Shown here in pieces: positions 1 to 10,000 of a DNA stretch of 64,000 nucleotides. The DNA is from Limnothrix sp. BL-A-16 (GTDB lineage: Bacteria > Cyanobacteriota > Cyanobacteriia > CACIAM-69d): positions 544,001 through 608,000 of the forward strand of contig CP166615.1 of the NCBI GenBank assembly GCA_041937175.2. The letters run 5' to 3'. Made by a program: the position numbers and the translations under genes. The notes beneath the pieces are model-generated. The model worked only from the letters and a program-made list of their open reading frames with translations, was not told the origin of the DNA and ran no database searches. Position 1 is the first letter of the stretch, and every line of letters begins with the position of its first letter.

Positions 1-1097
1 CCCAAGGCCAGCTTTAAACGCATCATCAGGCGAGGGATGTAGGTATAAAACCGATCATGGCGAAGCTGAATCGCATCAATGCTGCAACTGCCGCAATGGA
101 CTCCTGGCGGCGGAACAGCAATTCGCTGCACCACTTGATCGGAAACGCCGGCCCAGGGCAAGTGACCCACGGGACTTTGCAGGGAGCGGTTTAATTCCGA
201 CTCGTTGCGCCAATCGCTGCTGATGAAGTCCTGTTCGGTGCGGGGGGCGGCGATTTTCCAACCGACGCGATCGCGGAAGTTGTTCACGGCCGCTTCCAGG
301 TTGGTGGGATGGGCAATGGTGGCCGCTTGCCAGAGCCGCAACTGCACGCTGAGGCCGAAGCGGCCGTTGCTGGCCGCCAGCCAGGCTTGGTCAATTTCGC
401 GAATCAGGGCCGGATCAGTCAAGGCGGGGCTGGCCGGTGGCATGGTGGCAGATTCGGGGGCCAACAGGCGACGAGTGAGGCGATCGGCCTCAACCCAGTT
501 TTGGGCTTGCAGGTGGGTTTGGAGTTGGGCAATCAGTTGGCGGGCCGCTGCGTCGGTGGCTGGGGTTTCGGTTTGGCAAGCCCCAATGGTCGATCGGGTA
601 AATTTGCCAGCTCCGAAGTAATGCACAATCTGGATTTGTTTGGGCTGGCCGGCCATGGGTCGCAAACTGACGTAAAGCCCATGGGCCGAGGCGGGTGTGC
701 CATAGAGCCGATCGCCGTTATTGGGTTGAGCGCGAAACTCGCCATCAAAGGGCAAGCGGGAAAAGTCCGCATCGGGAGCCAATTGCCGGTAATCCTGAAC
801 TACGGCGTTTCGGATCAGGGTTTGCAGATGCCCGTTGCGGGTTTGCGTCAATACCGTGAGGGTGAGGGGGGTTGTGCCGGAAGATTCGGGCCCCGCTACT
901 GGCCCCGCCACTTGATAGGTCAAGGTGGTGTTGGATCCCCAAGTGGCCATGGTTTCGCAGGTAAGGCGGGTTGTGCTGGCTTGGGGCGTACTAGCTGGGG
1001 CTGCGTTAGCCTGAGCCGCGATCGGGTGGGTGGCAGCGGCCATGAGCGCCAGGGTGAAAGCTTGGCCCCATCGCTGGAAAAGCGCGAGTTTCAACAT
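1..1097 (-). CDS. GUN4-like domain protein with N-terminal signal peptide (3' end runs off the window)
   Basis: Absent from the ORF track; translated by hand from ATG 1097: MLKLALFQRWGQAFTLALMAAA...LQAQNWVEADRLT...LIREIDQAWLAASNGRFGLSVQLRLWQ...FRDRVGW...PVGHLPW, which are GUN4-domain motifs; frame open to position 1. Confidence 0.8.
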   Translation of the reverse strand, partial: MLKLALFQRWGQAFTLALMAAATHPIAAQANAAPASTPQASTTRLTCETMATWGSNTTLTYQVAGPVAGPESSGTTPLTLTVLTQTRNGHLQTLIRNAVVQDYRQLAPDADFSRLPFDGEFRAQPNNGDRLYGTPASAHGLYVSLRPMAGQPKQIQIVHYFGAGKFTRSTIGACQTETPATDAAARQLIAQLQTHLQAQNWVEADRLTRRLLAPESATMPPASPALTDPALIREIDQAWLAASNGRFGLSVQLRLWQAATIAHPTNLEAAVNNFRDRVGWKIAAPRTEQDFISSDWRNESELNRSLQSPVGHLPWAGVSDQVVQRIAVPPPGVHCGSCSIDAIQLRHDRFYTYIPRLMMRLKLAL

Positions 1098-1209
1098 AAC
1101 GGAATCACAAAATGACGGAGTGGCGAGTGATTGGGTTCGCTATCCGTGTTATCCGTTCCGTTGGGCGTTGACTCGGGAGTTAATGGACGCTTCCTGAAGT
1201 TGATCGCCA

Positions 1210-2484
1210 TTAGCGAGCGATCGGGGGCAGGTTGCTGAAGTGGTTGTAAGCGGCGCGGGAATAGTCGCGGATGGCTTCGGCGGCCTTGGGATCGTTGGGG
1301 GCCCGTTCTGCCAACACGGCAATTCCGTAGCGGCGGCCGTTGGGGGTATCTACCAAGCCCGTGTCTGCCAACAGCTTGGCCAATGTGCCGGTTTTGTGGG
1401 CCAACTCGCCACCTTTGCCAATGCCCTTCGGTAGCAGGCTGTTGGCCACCGTGCCGCGCATGATGCTCAACAGCCGATCGCGCGATCGCATGGAAACCAA
1501 TTCGCCCCGGTTAATCAGCGCCGTTAATTGCACCAAGTCCCGGGCGGTGGTGCGGTTCAAGCCAGTAATGTCCGGCAGCAAGTCGCGGATATTGGTGCCC
1601 TGTAGCCCCCAGGATTGAAACCGCTGGTTCAGGGGGCCCGAGCCGCCCGTGCGGGCCATGATCATGTTGGTGGCGGTGTTGTCGCTGATCACGATCATTT
1701 GGCGGGCGGTGTCGATCGCGGAGAATTTTTGGCCCGGCTTTTGATATTGCATCGTGCCCGCTTCGGGGGCCACAAACCGCGCCTCCATGGTCAGCATTTC
1801 ATCAAGGCGAATTTTGCCCGCATCCACATCCTGAAAAAAGGCTACGAGGATCGGCACTTTGATTGTGCTGGCGGCGGCGACCGATCGGGTATCGTTCCAG
1901 GCGGCAAAATCTCCCGTATCCAAATCCAAGGCAGCCGCATGAAGAATCAGGCTGGGATAGCGAGCGGCAATTTTTTGGAACTGATCGCTCAAGGGGGCGA
2001 TCGGCTGGCGAAAGGCGGATCCCGGCGGCGGCAGCGCAGGGCTGGCCAGTTGTTTTTGGCCTTGGCGCACCACTTGGTTAATTTGTGTGCCAGCGGGGGA
2101 AGCGGTTTGGCGCATGGCCGGGTCAAAGGCCATCAACACCGTGCCCACGATCGCCCCTAAACCGGCCCCGACAATCAGGGTGCGCAAAGCTTGTAACCAC
2201 AGAGGATCGCCCTTGCTGCGGCGTGTGGGCGGCCGGTCTGGGGCCGTTGGGCGGGGCCGGGCCGATCGCCCGTTGGCCTGGCCCGGTTCCGGGGCGGTGG
2301 GCCGGGTCAGCCGATCGACCGTACTTTGCAACCAATTTTGGTGAGCGGGAGGCCGAGAACGGGAACGACGCGCACCGGGCGGCGGGGGCACAGCAGCCAG
2401 GGGCCGAGGGGCGGGTAAAGGGCGGGGGCGATCGGGCGGTTGGGGCATGGCAAGTTCGGTTTCAGCCCAAAATTTGGCGGCCAT
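1210..2484 (-). CDS. Serine hydrolase, class A beta-lactamase-like, membrane anchored
   Basis: ASTIK (SxxK), SDN and HKTG motifs; N-terminal TM helix; start may be ATG 2448. Confidence 0.85.
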   Translation of the reverse strand: MAAKFWAETELAMPQPPDRPRPLPAPRPLAAVPPPPGARRSRSRPPAHQNWLQSTVDRLTRPTAPEPGQANGRSARPRPTAPDRPPTRRSKGDPLWLQALRTLIVGAGLGAIVGTVLMAFDPAMRQTASPAGTQINQVVRQGQKQLASPALPPPGSAFRQPIAPLSDQFQKIAARYPSLILHAAALDLDTGDFAAWNDTRSVAAASTIKVPILVAFFQDVDAGKIRLDEMLTMEARFVAPEAGTMQYQKPGQKFSAIDTARQMIVISDNTATNMIMARTGGSGPLNQRFQSWGLQGTNIRDLLPDITGLNRTTARDLVQLTALINRGELVSMRSRDRLLSIMRGTVANSLLPKGIGKGGELAHKTGTLAKLLADTGLVDTPNGRRYGIAVLAERAPNDPKAAEAIRDYSRAAYNHFSNLPPIAR

Positions 2485-2519
2485 CCCGAGCCAATCTCAA
2501 GATCGGGATGGCTGGCATT

Positions 2520-3257
2520 TTACTGGCCAGAGTTGGGGCGCGGCAAATGGTCGATCGCCCAATTCAGTTGCTTAATGGCTCCCCACAACAGCGCCATATC
2601 ATTTTGGGAAGGATTTGCCCGCTGCAAGATCCGCCGCAATTTTTCCATGCGACTGCTGGCCGTGTGGGGATATAAAAAGCCCGATCGCAACAACAGATCT
2701 GCCAAGTCTTGATGGAAATGCTCCACTTGCTCGAACGGGGCCAGGGCGATCGGCTCGGGGGCAACTTCGGGGCCGGGGCTGGCTTCTGGGGCTGGCCGGG
2801 CCCACTCATAGGCACAAACCGCCACCGCTTGGGCCAGGTTCATGGAGGGATAGTCATCGCTGGTGGGAATGCGGATCAATTGTTGGGCATATTTCAGCTC
2901 GTCGTTGGTTAAGCCCCGATCTTCCCGCCCAAAGACCAACGCGGCCGATCGCCCGGCCCGCAACCAGGGCAAGGCCGCCGCCGGTTCCCGCACCGGCACA
3001 GGAGAATCCCAATCTCGCCCGATCGTGGCTCCAACCCGATCGCACCCGGCCAAGGCCTCGGGCAAAGTGGCCACCTCGATCGCCTCTTCCAGCAAATCCC
3101 TTGCGTGGATGGCCATTTGCAGGGCTTCACGCCCCAGCCGATCGCATTGGGGATTCACCAATACCAACCGCCGCAACCCAAAATTCTTCATCACCCGCGC
3201 CACGGAACCCACATTCAGCGGCCCGGCCGGTTCCACCAGCACGATCGTTAACGACAT
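2520..3257 (-). CDS. trmJ: RNA methyltransferase, TrmJ/TrmH (SpoU) family
   Basis: IVLVEPAGPLNVGSVARVMKNFG, FGREDRGLTNDEL, YPSMNLAQAV. Confidence 0.85.
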   Translation of the reverse strand: MSLTIVLVEPAGPLNVGSVARVMKNFGLRRLVLVNPQCDRLGREALQMAIHARDLLEEAIEVATLPEALAGCDRVGATIGRDWDSPVPVREPAAALPWLRAGRSAALVFGREDRGLTNDELKYAQQLIRIPTSDDYPSMNLAQAVAVCAYEWARPAPEASPGPEVAPEPIALAPFEQVEHFHQDLADLLLRSGFLYPHTASSRMEKLRRILQRANPSQNDMALLWGAIKQLNWAIDHLPRPNSGQ

Positions 3258-3360
3258 GGTTCAAAAAAGGTAAAAATCAAAAGGCAAAAGGCAAAAAACA
3301 CAGAGAAATAGAACGGCTAGCCCAAATTTTCCTTTTTCCTTCTTCCTTTTTCTCCTTACC

Positions 3361-4572
3361 CTAGGGGCCCTGTAGCCGTCGCCAAGTCCATTGGCCATCC
3401 GGCTGCCGATGCCAACGCAGCAGTTGGGCCGGCGACTCGCCCCCGTAGGGATCCGCCGACTCGGGCAACCGACCCAAGGCCCGACGCGGCGCAATGGTGG
3501 CCAGGGCGATCGCCTGTTCCGGGGTGCAAAGTTGCCAACGAATCAGGTTCAAAACCCCTTCCAACAGGCTAAGGGTTGTGCCCGACAAGGTGCCATCGGA
3601 CAGGCGAGCTGTGCCATTTTTCACCTCAATGGTGCGTTCATCCCAAGGATAAATTCCATCGGGCAATCCCAAGGGAGCTAGGGCATCGCTCACCATAAAC
3701 AGCCCTCTAGGGCCCTCGCTGGCCCGCAACAGCACTTGCAACATGGTGGGGCACACATGCACCCCATCGGCAATGAAGCCGCAGCGCACGCCCGATCGAA
3801 CAATGGCCGCACCCAAAAGGCCCGGTTCTCGGTGGTGCAGCGGTGGCATGGCATTAAATGCATGGGTGACCATGGTGGCTCCCCGATCGAACGCGGCCAT
3901 GGCTTCCGCTGCCGTGGCCTGGGAATGGCCAAGGCTGACGGAAATCCTGCGCGATCGCAGCCAATCGATCGCCTCACCCGTGGGATCCAATTCCGGTGCG
4001 AGGGTCATCTTGGCAACCTGGGCCGCGTGGGAACCAACCACCGCCACCACCCGATCGACCGTCAGGGGCAACAGGAATTGCTGTGGATGGGCCCCGCGCT
4101 TTTGTGGATTCAGGAACGGCCCCTCAAGATGTGCGCCCCAAATTTCCGCCCGATCGCCTGCTGGGTATTGGGTTCGATAGTCCTGATAGGCCGCCAACGT
4201 GGCCAGGCTTTGGTGAACTTTCTCGATCGCCGTGGTCACAATCGTGGGCAAAAAAGCCTGTACCCCTTGCCGCCACAGCAATTGGCAAATGCGATCCACT
4301 TGGGGCAAGTCGGCCAAGGTCAGGTCTGGAAAGGCCAACCCCAAGGCTCCGTTAATTTGCAAGTCCACCCCACCGGGCGAGAGCCAATCGCCATGCAGGT
4401 CGATCGCGTCGGCATTCAGCAGCGTGTCTGCCCGATCGCCCACCCCAAAAATCTTGGGATCATGGGGGTCAATTTCCGCCACCAACCCCCGATCATCGCA
4501 GGTCAGGTCATAGAGTCCCGGTCGATCGATCAGCCGGGCGCGGTGGATGCGTCGATTTTGCCAATGGGTCAT
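3361..4572 (-). CDS. nagA: N-acetylglucosamine-6-phosphate deacetylase
   Basis: PGGVDLQING, HLEGPFLN...RGAH, TLAPE, GHS, THAFNAM, IADGVHV. Confidence 0.92.
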   Translation of the reverse strand: MTHWQNRRIHRARLIDRPGLYDLTCDDRGLVAEIDPHDPKIFGVGDRADTLLNADAIDLHGDWLSPGGVDLQINGALGLAFPDLTLADLPQVDRICQLLWRQGVQAFLPTIVTTAIEKVHQSLATLAAYQDYRTQYPAGDRAEIWGAHLEGPFLNPQKRGAHPQQFLLPLTVDRVVAVVGSHAAQVAKMTLAPELDPTGEAIDWLRSRRISVSLGHSQATAAEAMAAFDRGATMVTHAFNAMPPLHHREPGLLGAAIVRSGVRCGFIADGVHVCPTMLQVLLRASEGPRGLFMVSDALAPLGLPDGIYPWDERTIEVKNGTARLSDGTLSGTTLSLLEGVLNLIRWQLCTPEQAIALATIAPRRALGRLPESADPYGGESPAQLLRWHRQPDGQWTWRRLQGP

Positions 4573-4614
4573 CGATCGATCATGATTAGGTGGCTTTGGC
4601 GGAGACAGACTCGG

Positions 4615-4788
4615 TGGATCTAGTGGATCTAAATAGATCTAATAGATCTAGTGGATCTGAATCTGAATGGATCTATGGCTCTTCTAAGTGGATCTATGTG
4701 GATCCATATAGATCCATACAGATCTAAATAGATTTTGAACCTAAATAGATTCTGAACCTAGAATTCTGAACCGAAGATTCTGAACCTA
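4615..4788. repeat. Degenerate ~10-bp tandem repeat rich in RGATCY, followed by TTCTGAACCTA-like repeats
   Basis: GATC at 4617, 4626, 4636, 4645, 4654, 4670, 4691, 4701, 4711 and 4721 in the nagA/purE divergent spacer. Confidence 0.8.
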
Positions 4789-4932
4789 AAAAACGGCAGC
4801 TCAGAAACTAAGGCTTAAAAATCGGGTCTAAATCGAGTCTGAATCGGGTTGATCACACCAGTGTGGTGCTGTGCGATCGCGCCAACGCCTTAAATTTGAA
4901 CAGGTTAACCGACTCTTTCCCCCTGCACAACC

Positions 4933-5460
4933 ATGGCCACCACCGCCTCCCCCCTGATTGGCATCATCATGGGCAGCGATTCCGACTTGCCCACCATGGA
5001 AGCCGCGATCGCCGTTTGCGAAGAATTCGGCATTTCCACCGAAGTGGCCATCGTCTCTGCCCACCGCACGCCCGATCGGATGGTGAATTATGCCAAAACC
5101 GCCGTTGATCGGGGACTGAAAGTGATTATTGCAGGCGCAGGCGGCGCAGCTCACCTACCCGGTATGGTTGCCGCCCTGACGGTGTTACCGGTGATTGGCG
5201 TGCCCGTGAGCACCCGCCAACTCAGTGGCGTGGATTCCCTGTATTCGATCGTGCAAATGCCGGGGGGAATTCCCGTGGCCACCGTGGCGATCGGGAATGC
5301 CAAAAACGCCGGTCTGTTGGCGGTGCAAATGTTGGCGGCCCATGACCCGGAACTGCTAGCCAAGGTGCAAGCCTATCGGGACGGCTTGCGGCAAATGGTG
5401 GAAGACAAACAAACCCAGCTCGATCGCCTTGGTTACCGGGCCTACCTGCAACAGAACTGA
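4933..5460 (+). CDS. purE: N5-carboxyaminoimidazole ribonucleotide mutase
   Basis: [42 protein letters not shown]. Confidence 0.97.
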   Translation: MATTASPLIGIIMGSDSDLPTMEAAIAVCEEFGISTEVAIVSAHRTPDRMVNYAKTAVDRGLKVIIAGAGGAAHLPGMVAALTVLPVIGVPVSTRQLSGVDSLYSIVQMPGGIPVATVAIGNAKNAGLLAVQMLAAHDPELLAKVQAYRDGLRQMVEDKQTQLDRLGYRAYLQQN

Positions 5461-7011
5461 AAAACAGCGCTGAAAATACATGGCTCGATCGCCCCGGAGG
5501 CATGGGCGAAGCACGGAAGCGCTTCACTGCCTCCGTGGTCGCGACCAAATTAGTATCAAATTTGACTTCTGAAATTTCCTTAAAAACGTAAAACCTGAGT
5601 CTCTCTTGTGCCGGTTAATCAGCGGTGAACTCGTGCCCCATGGACTGAGTTAGCGATCGACCTTTGAGAGATTTGCATGATTTCAGGGGCGATCGGGTCT
5701 GGTATGGCCGATCAACCATCCCCTTTAGATTCCTTGACTCCTCGCATTGATCGCGATCACCAACGCCAACTGATATTTTGATGGCAGCGACGTGATTGGG
5801 ATCATGCCCAATTAATCAGTTTAAAAATTTGATAAAGTTTCGTCTGATCTTGAGCGTTTCCTAAATTTTTCATAAACAACCGTTCGCTCATCGTCGAACT
5901 GGTGTGCTCAAGGGACAACCACGAACTCCACACTCTCCATCGCCCTGCTCTCCACAGCCCTCTTTCCCTGCGAAAGGATTGTCACGCTCTCCCTATCTAG
6001 CCAGTACTGACCATTTCAAAATCAGACTCTGAACGCATTGACTGGGTTCCTCGTCTACCAATCCATTAGCCCCATTCAATGCGCTGCCTGGTCGGGGTTT
6101 TGAGAACTTGGGTCACTGCTCTTCATGACTTCAATTAGTTTGGTCGATCGCAAGATTTCCGCGATCAATAGCCTGTGGGGGGGAAGCCCCTTGAGTGGTT
6201 CAACTCCCTCTCAAATCGGTGGTTAAACCCCCGATTGCTGAGACCCACGATGAAGCCGCTTGGCCCGTTTGGCAATGGTAGATCAGTGAATTTTGACTGC
6301 TCGTGACTTATAGATTTGTTCTGTTTTTATCATTTTCAATTGTTTTTTTGTCAAATCATGTTCGCTTTGATACGTAAGACTTCTGTTTTTTTGATGATCT
6401 GTGCCAGGATCCGTTTAGAGGGTTTCGTGATTTTTAATCAACTCCGCTACTCGCAGATTTTTGACACATTTCTCAATCAATTCCATCGAATCACTCAATT
6501 GCGGACTCGGTTTGATGATGGATAGACTTCCAGCCCGATTCTGGCGTTGGTGCTGGCTAACTCTTAACTCTATCGGAGATGAATTACAGGTCAATTACAG
6601 ACAGGTTGCAAATCATCAATGCATTGCCCCGATTCATCGTAGTTTTCTTTTGAGATCAGTGATTTCAAGTCCCATAAAAACGGGAATAATCATCTAGGAG
6701 AACTTGAATTCAGCAATGATTTTGGTCTTCGATTTATGCCTGGCAATTGAACTGAATTTCAGGCGCTCCAAGGGCTTGACCGTGAGGTATTTATGGGAAA
6801 TCTAAAGGGCCAGTGCAGGATCTGACTTGGTGGCGTTGATTGCCGATTCTGTTGTTGCCATGCTGGTAATAATTATGACGGAGTTTGAGGGGGGAAAGGG
6901 GGATGCAAGGACTGTTGGCGGAGAGATGGAAAGGGTGCAGAGGCTATGGAGCGATTGTCGGAGGTCAAGCCGTTTACGACTGGTTTGCAACCGCAGGGAG
7001 TGCAGTTGGTA

Positions 7012-10000
7012 ATGGATCAAGAAACTGCTCAAGCGAATGAGCGGGCCCTGCGAACCTTAGAGCGGGCAATTGTGTTGTCAGAGGGCCAGTTTTCCCTGGT
7101 GTTGGTGCGTTGTAGTTATGAGCGCTTACGCCGGAGTGTGTTGGATTGGGTGGCCGATCGCTCGGGAGAGGGGCAGCCGTTCGATCGGGTGACTTGCCTG
7201 GTGGTTCCGCCCACCATCAAGACGCTCTATCCATTGGTGGCGGCGATTTCGGATCCCTGTCCGCCCCGGGCGGTGATGGTGCTGGGGCTGGAGATGGCGG
7301 AGTCGCTGGATACGGTGTTTGCGCTGGCGAACCAGATGCGCGATCGCTTCAAGCAGTTGCCGTTCCCGATCGTGTTGTGGCTGACGGATGAAAGCCTGGA
7401 CAAGCTAAAGCGGGTGGCTCCGGATCTCAAGAGCTGGGCCGCTACGCCGGTTCGGTTGGAGATGGACACGCAGGGGGTGATTGACTTTCTGCGGGAGCGG
7501 GCCAGTCAGGCGTTCGATCGGGCCTTTGCGGCTTCGGCGGGCTATTCAATCTATCAACTGCCGCCGGCCTTGGCGGAGGCCCGTCACCGGCAGGAGCTGG
7601 CGGCGGCGCGGGCGGACTTGGCCAAGCGGGGCGTGCAGTTGGATGTGGATTTGCTGGCTAGTGTGGAGTTCCTGGAAGGGTGGACGGCCATGGGCCGGGG
7701 GGACTATGAGCTAGCGCTGAAAATGTTTGGCAATGCGCTGGACAGTTGGCAAACCTTGGCCCAAGCTTTGCCACCGGAGGCGGGGAGTTCGTTGGTAGCG
7801 GCCACGGCGGAAACAGAGAGGGCGATCGCCCCGCCCCGGTTGCCCATTTCCCCGATCGAAGCCCAAGTGCGTTCAGGCCTGTTGCGGTTTTATGTGGGGT
7901 TTTGCCATGCACGCTTGGCCCTGGGCAACAGCAATCCCGTGGAATTGCCGGAAAGCCAGTCGGCCCGGGTTCAGCGCTGGCGACTGGCTCGGGAATCGCT
8001 ACAGGCCTGTGCGGATTGTTTCGCAGCGCTCGATCGCCCCGATCTCACGGCCAAGTTCATTGGTGCGTTGGGGGAAGTGCTCCAAGAACTCCACGACTGG
8101 TTGGGGCTGGAGCAGTTGGCCCAGGTGGCCACGGCGCTCCATGGCGCACCGGATCATCCGGGGAATCGGGCTGAGTTGGCTCGGGACTGTTGCTTTTTGG
8201 CGGAAGTGGCCCTGGTGCAAACCCGTTGGGAACAGGCCTGCGAGTGGGCGGAGCGGGCCTTGAACCATCTGTCCCATGCCAGTACCCATGACCCAACGGC
8301 CCTGGGGCCCGATCTGCTGCGGGCGGTGCGGTTGCGCCAAAGCCAAGCTTGGTTTCTGTTGGGGGAAGCCAATTGGCATTTGGGGCGCTCTGGTTTGGCC
8401 ATCAGTCATTTGGAGCGGGCCCGAGCCACGGTTTGGAACTTCGAGCAACCCCAGTTGACGGTGCGGTTGTTGTCGCGGTTGCGGGAGGTTTATTTTCAGC
8501 AAACCCGCTACCTGGATGCGTTCCGAACGAAGCAGGAACTGCGGCGCGTGGAACACCAATGCAGTTGGTTGGCGTTTATTGGTGCGGGCCAACTGCAACC
8601 GCAACCGGCGGCCCTGGTGGACGATGGCATGGTGCTGCCGGTGGCGGCCCCGGAAATTGCCGCCTCTGGCCGACAAAAAGATGTGGAAAATTTGATCGCC
8701 CGCTTGGCCCGGGCGGATCTAAAGCTTACGGTGGTGCATGGCCATTCGGGGGCGGGCAAGAGTTCGCTGCTGAAGGCGGGTTTGGTGCCGGAGTTGCATC
8801 GGCGGGCCTTGGGCGATCGGGATGTGTTGCCGGTGACGATCGAGGTTTACACGGACTGGATCGCAGCCACGGAAAATGCCCTTGATCGAGCGGCTGCCCA
8901 AAAGGGTCTCGACAGCGATCGCACCCTCACCACTTGGGACGACTTGGCGATCGAGGCGAATATTGCTTTACCCAGTTTGGATTTGTCGGTCAACAGTCAA
9001 GCACTGCGGTTGCGGGCCTTGCTCGATCGGCTCCAGCAGTTGAGCCAGCAAAACTTCGCCATCATTCTGATCTTTGACCAGTTTGAGGAATTGTTTTTCC
9101 ACTGGCCCACGGTGGTCGATCGCCAGCCCTTTTTTGAATTCCTGCGCGATTGCCTGAATGTGCCCTACGTCAAGCTAATCATTTCCATGCGGGAAGATTA
9201 CCTCCATTTCCTGCTGGAGTGGGAACGGGCCACAGACTTGTCAATCATTGATGACAACGTGTTGGCGCGCCAGGTTCGGTATTACGTGGGAGACTTTTCC
9301 CCCGCCGATGCCCGTGCCACGATCCAGAGCCTCACGGAGCGATCGCGCCTGGGCCTGGAGCCTGACCTGATTGATGCCCTGGTGGGTGAGTTGGCCCGCG
9401 AAACCGGTGAAGTCAACCCGATCGAGCTGCAAGTGGTGGGGGCTCAACTCCAGGCCGATCGAATCGTCACCCTGGCCGAATACCAACGGGAATATGGCTC
9501 CAAGGAAGTGCTCGTGGAGCGCTACTTGGAAAACACCATTCGCGACTGCGGCCCCGAAGGCGAAAACATCGCTCGCCAAGTGTTATTCCTGCTCACCGCC
9601 GAAAATGGCACTCGCCCCCTCAAAACCCGCACCGAGCTGGCCGTTGAACTGGGAGCCAGCGATGGACAACTGGAACTGGTGTTGAACATTCTGTCGGGAG
9701 CTGGTTTGGTGGTCATGTTTCGGGAGTCCACCGCCGACTTCTATCAACTGGTGCATGACTACCTCGTCACCTTCATTCGCCAACAGCGCCAAGCCGACGA
9801 ACGGGCCCGCTATCGTCTCACCCAGTCCCAACTAAACGCCATCCTCAAAAAACGAATTCAGGAACTCTATGCCGCTGGCGCAGTGCTCGGAATTCTGTTT
9901 TTGTCCTCCTCTAGCTTTGCGGTGTTGTTGGGAGCCGATGAAATCAGCGCCCAAATTGATGCCAGCACCGCCGTTTCTGAGGCCCTGATTGGTTCCAATC

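Noticed and set aside
309..1115. 268-aa plus-strand ORF
   Set aside because: Antisense shadow of the GUN4-like gene
4615..4790. GATC cluster as oriC
   Set aside because: No DnaA boxes were recognised and dnaA/dnaN are not nearby
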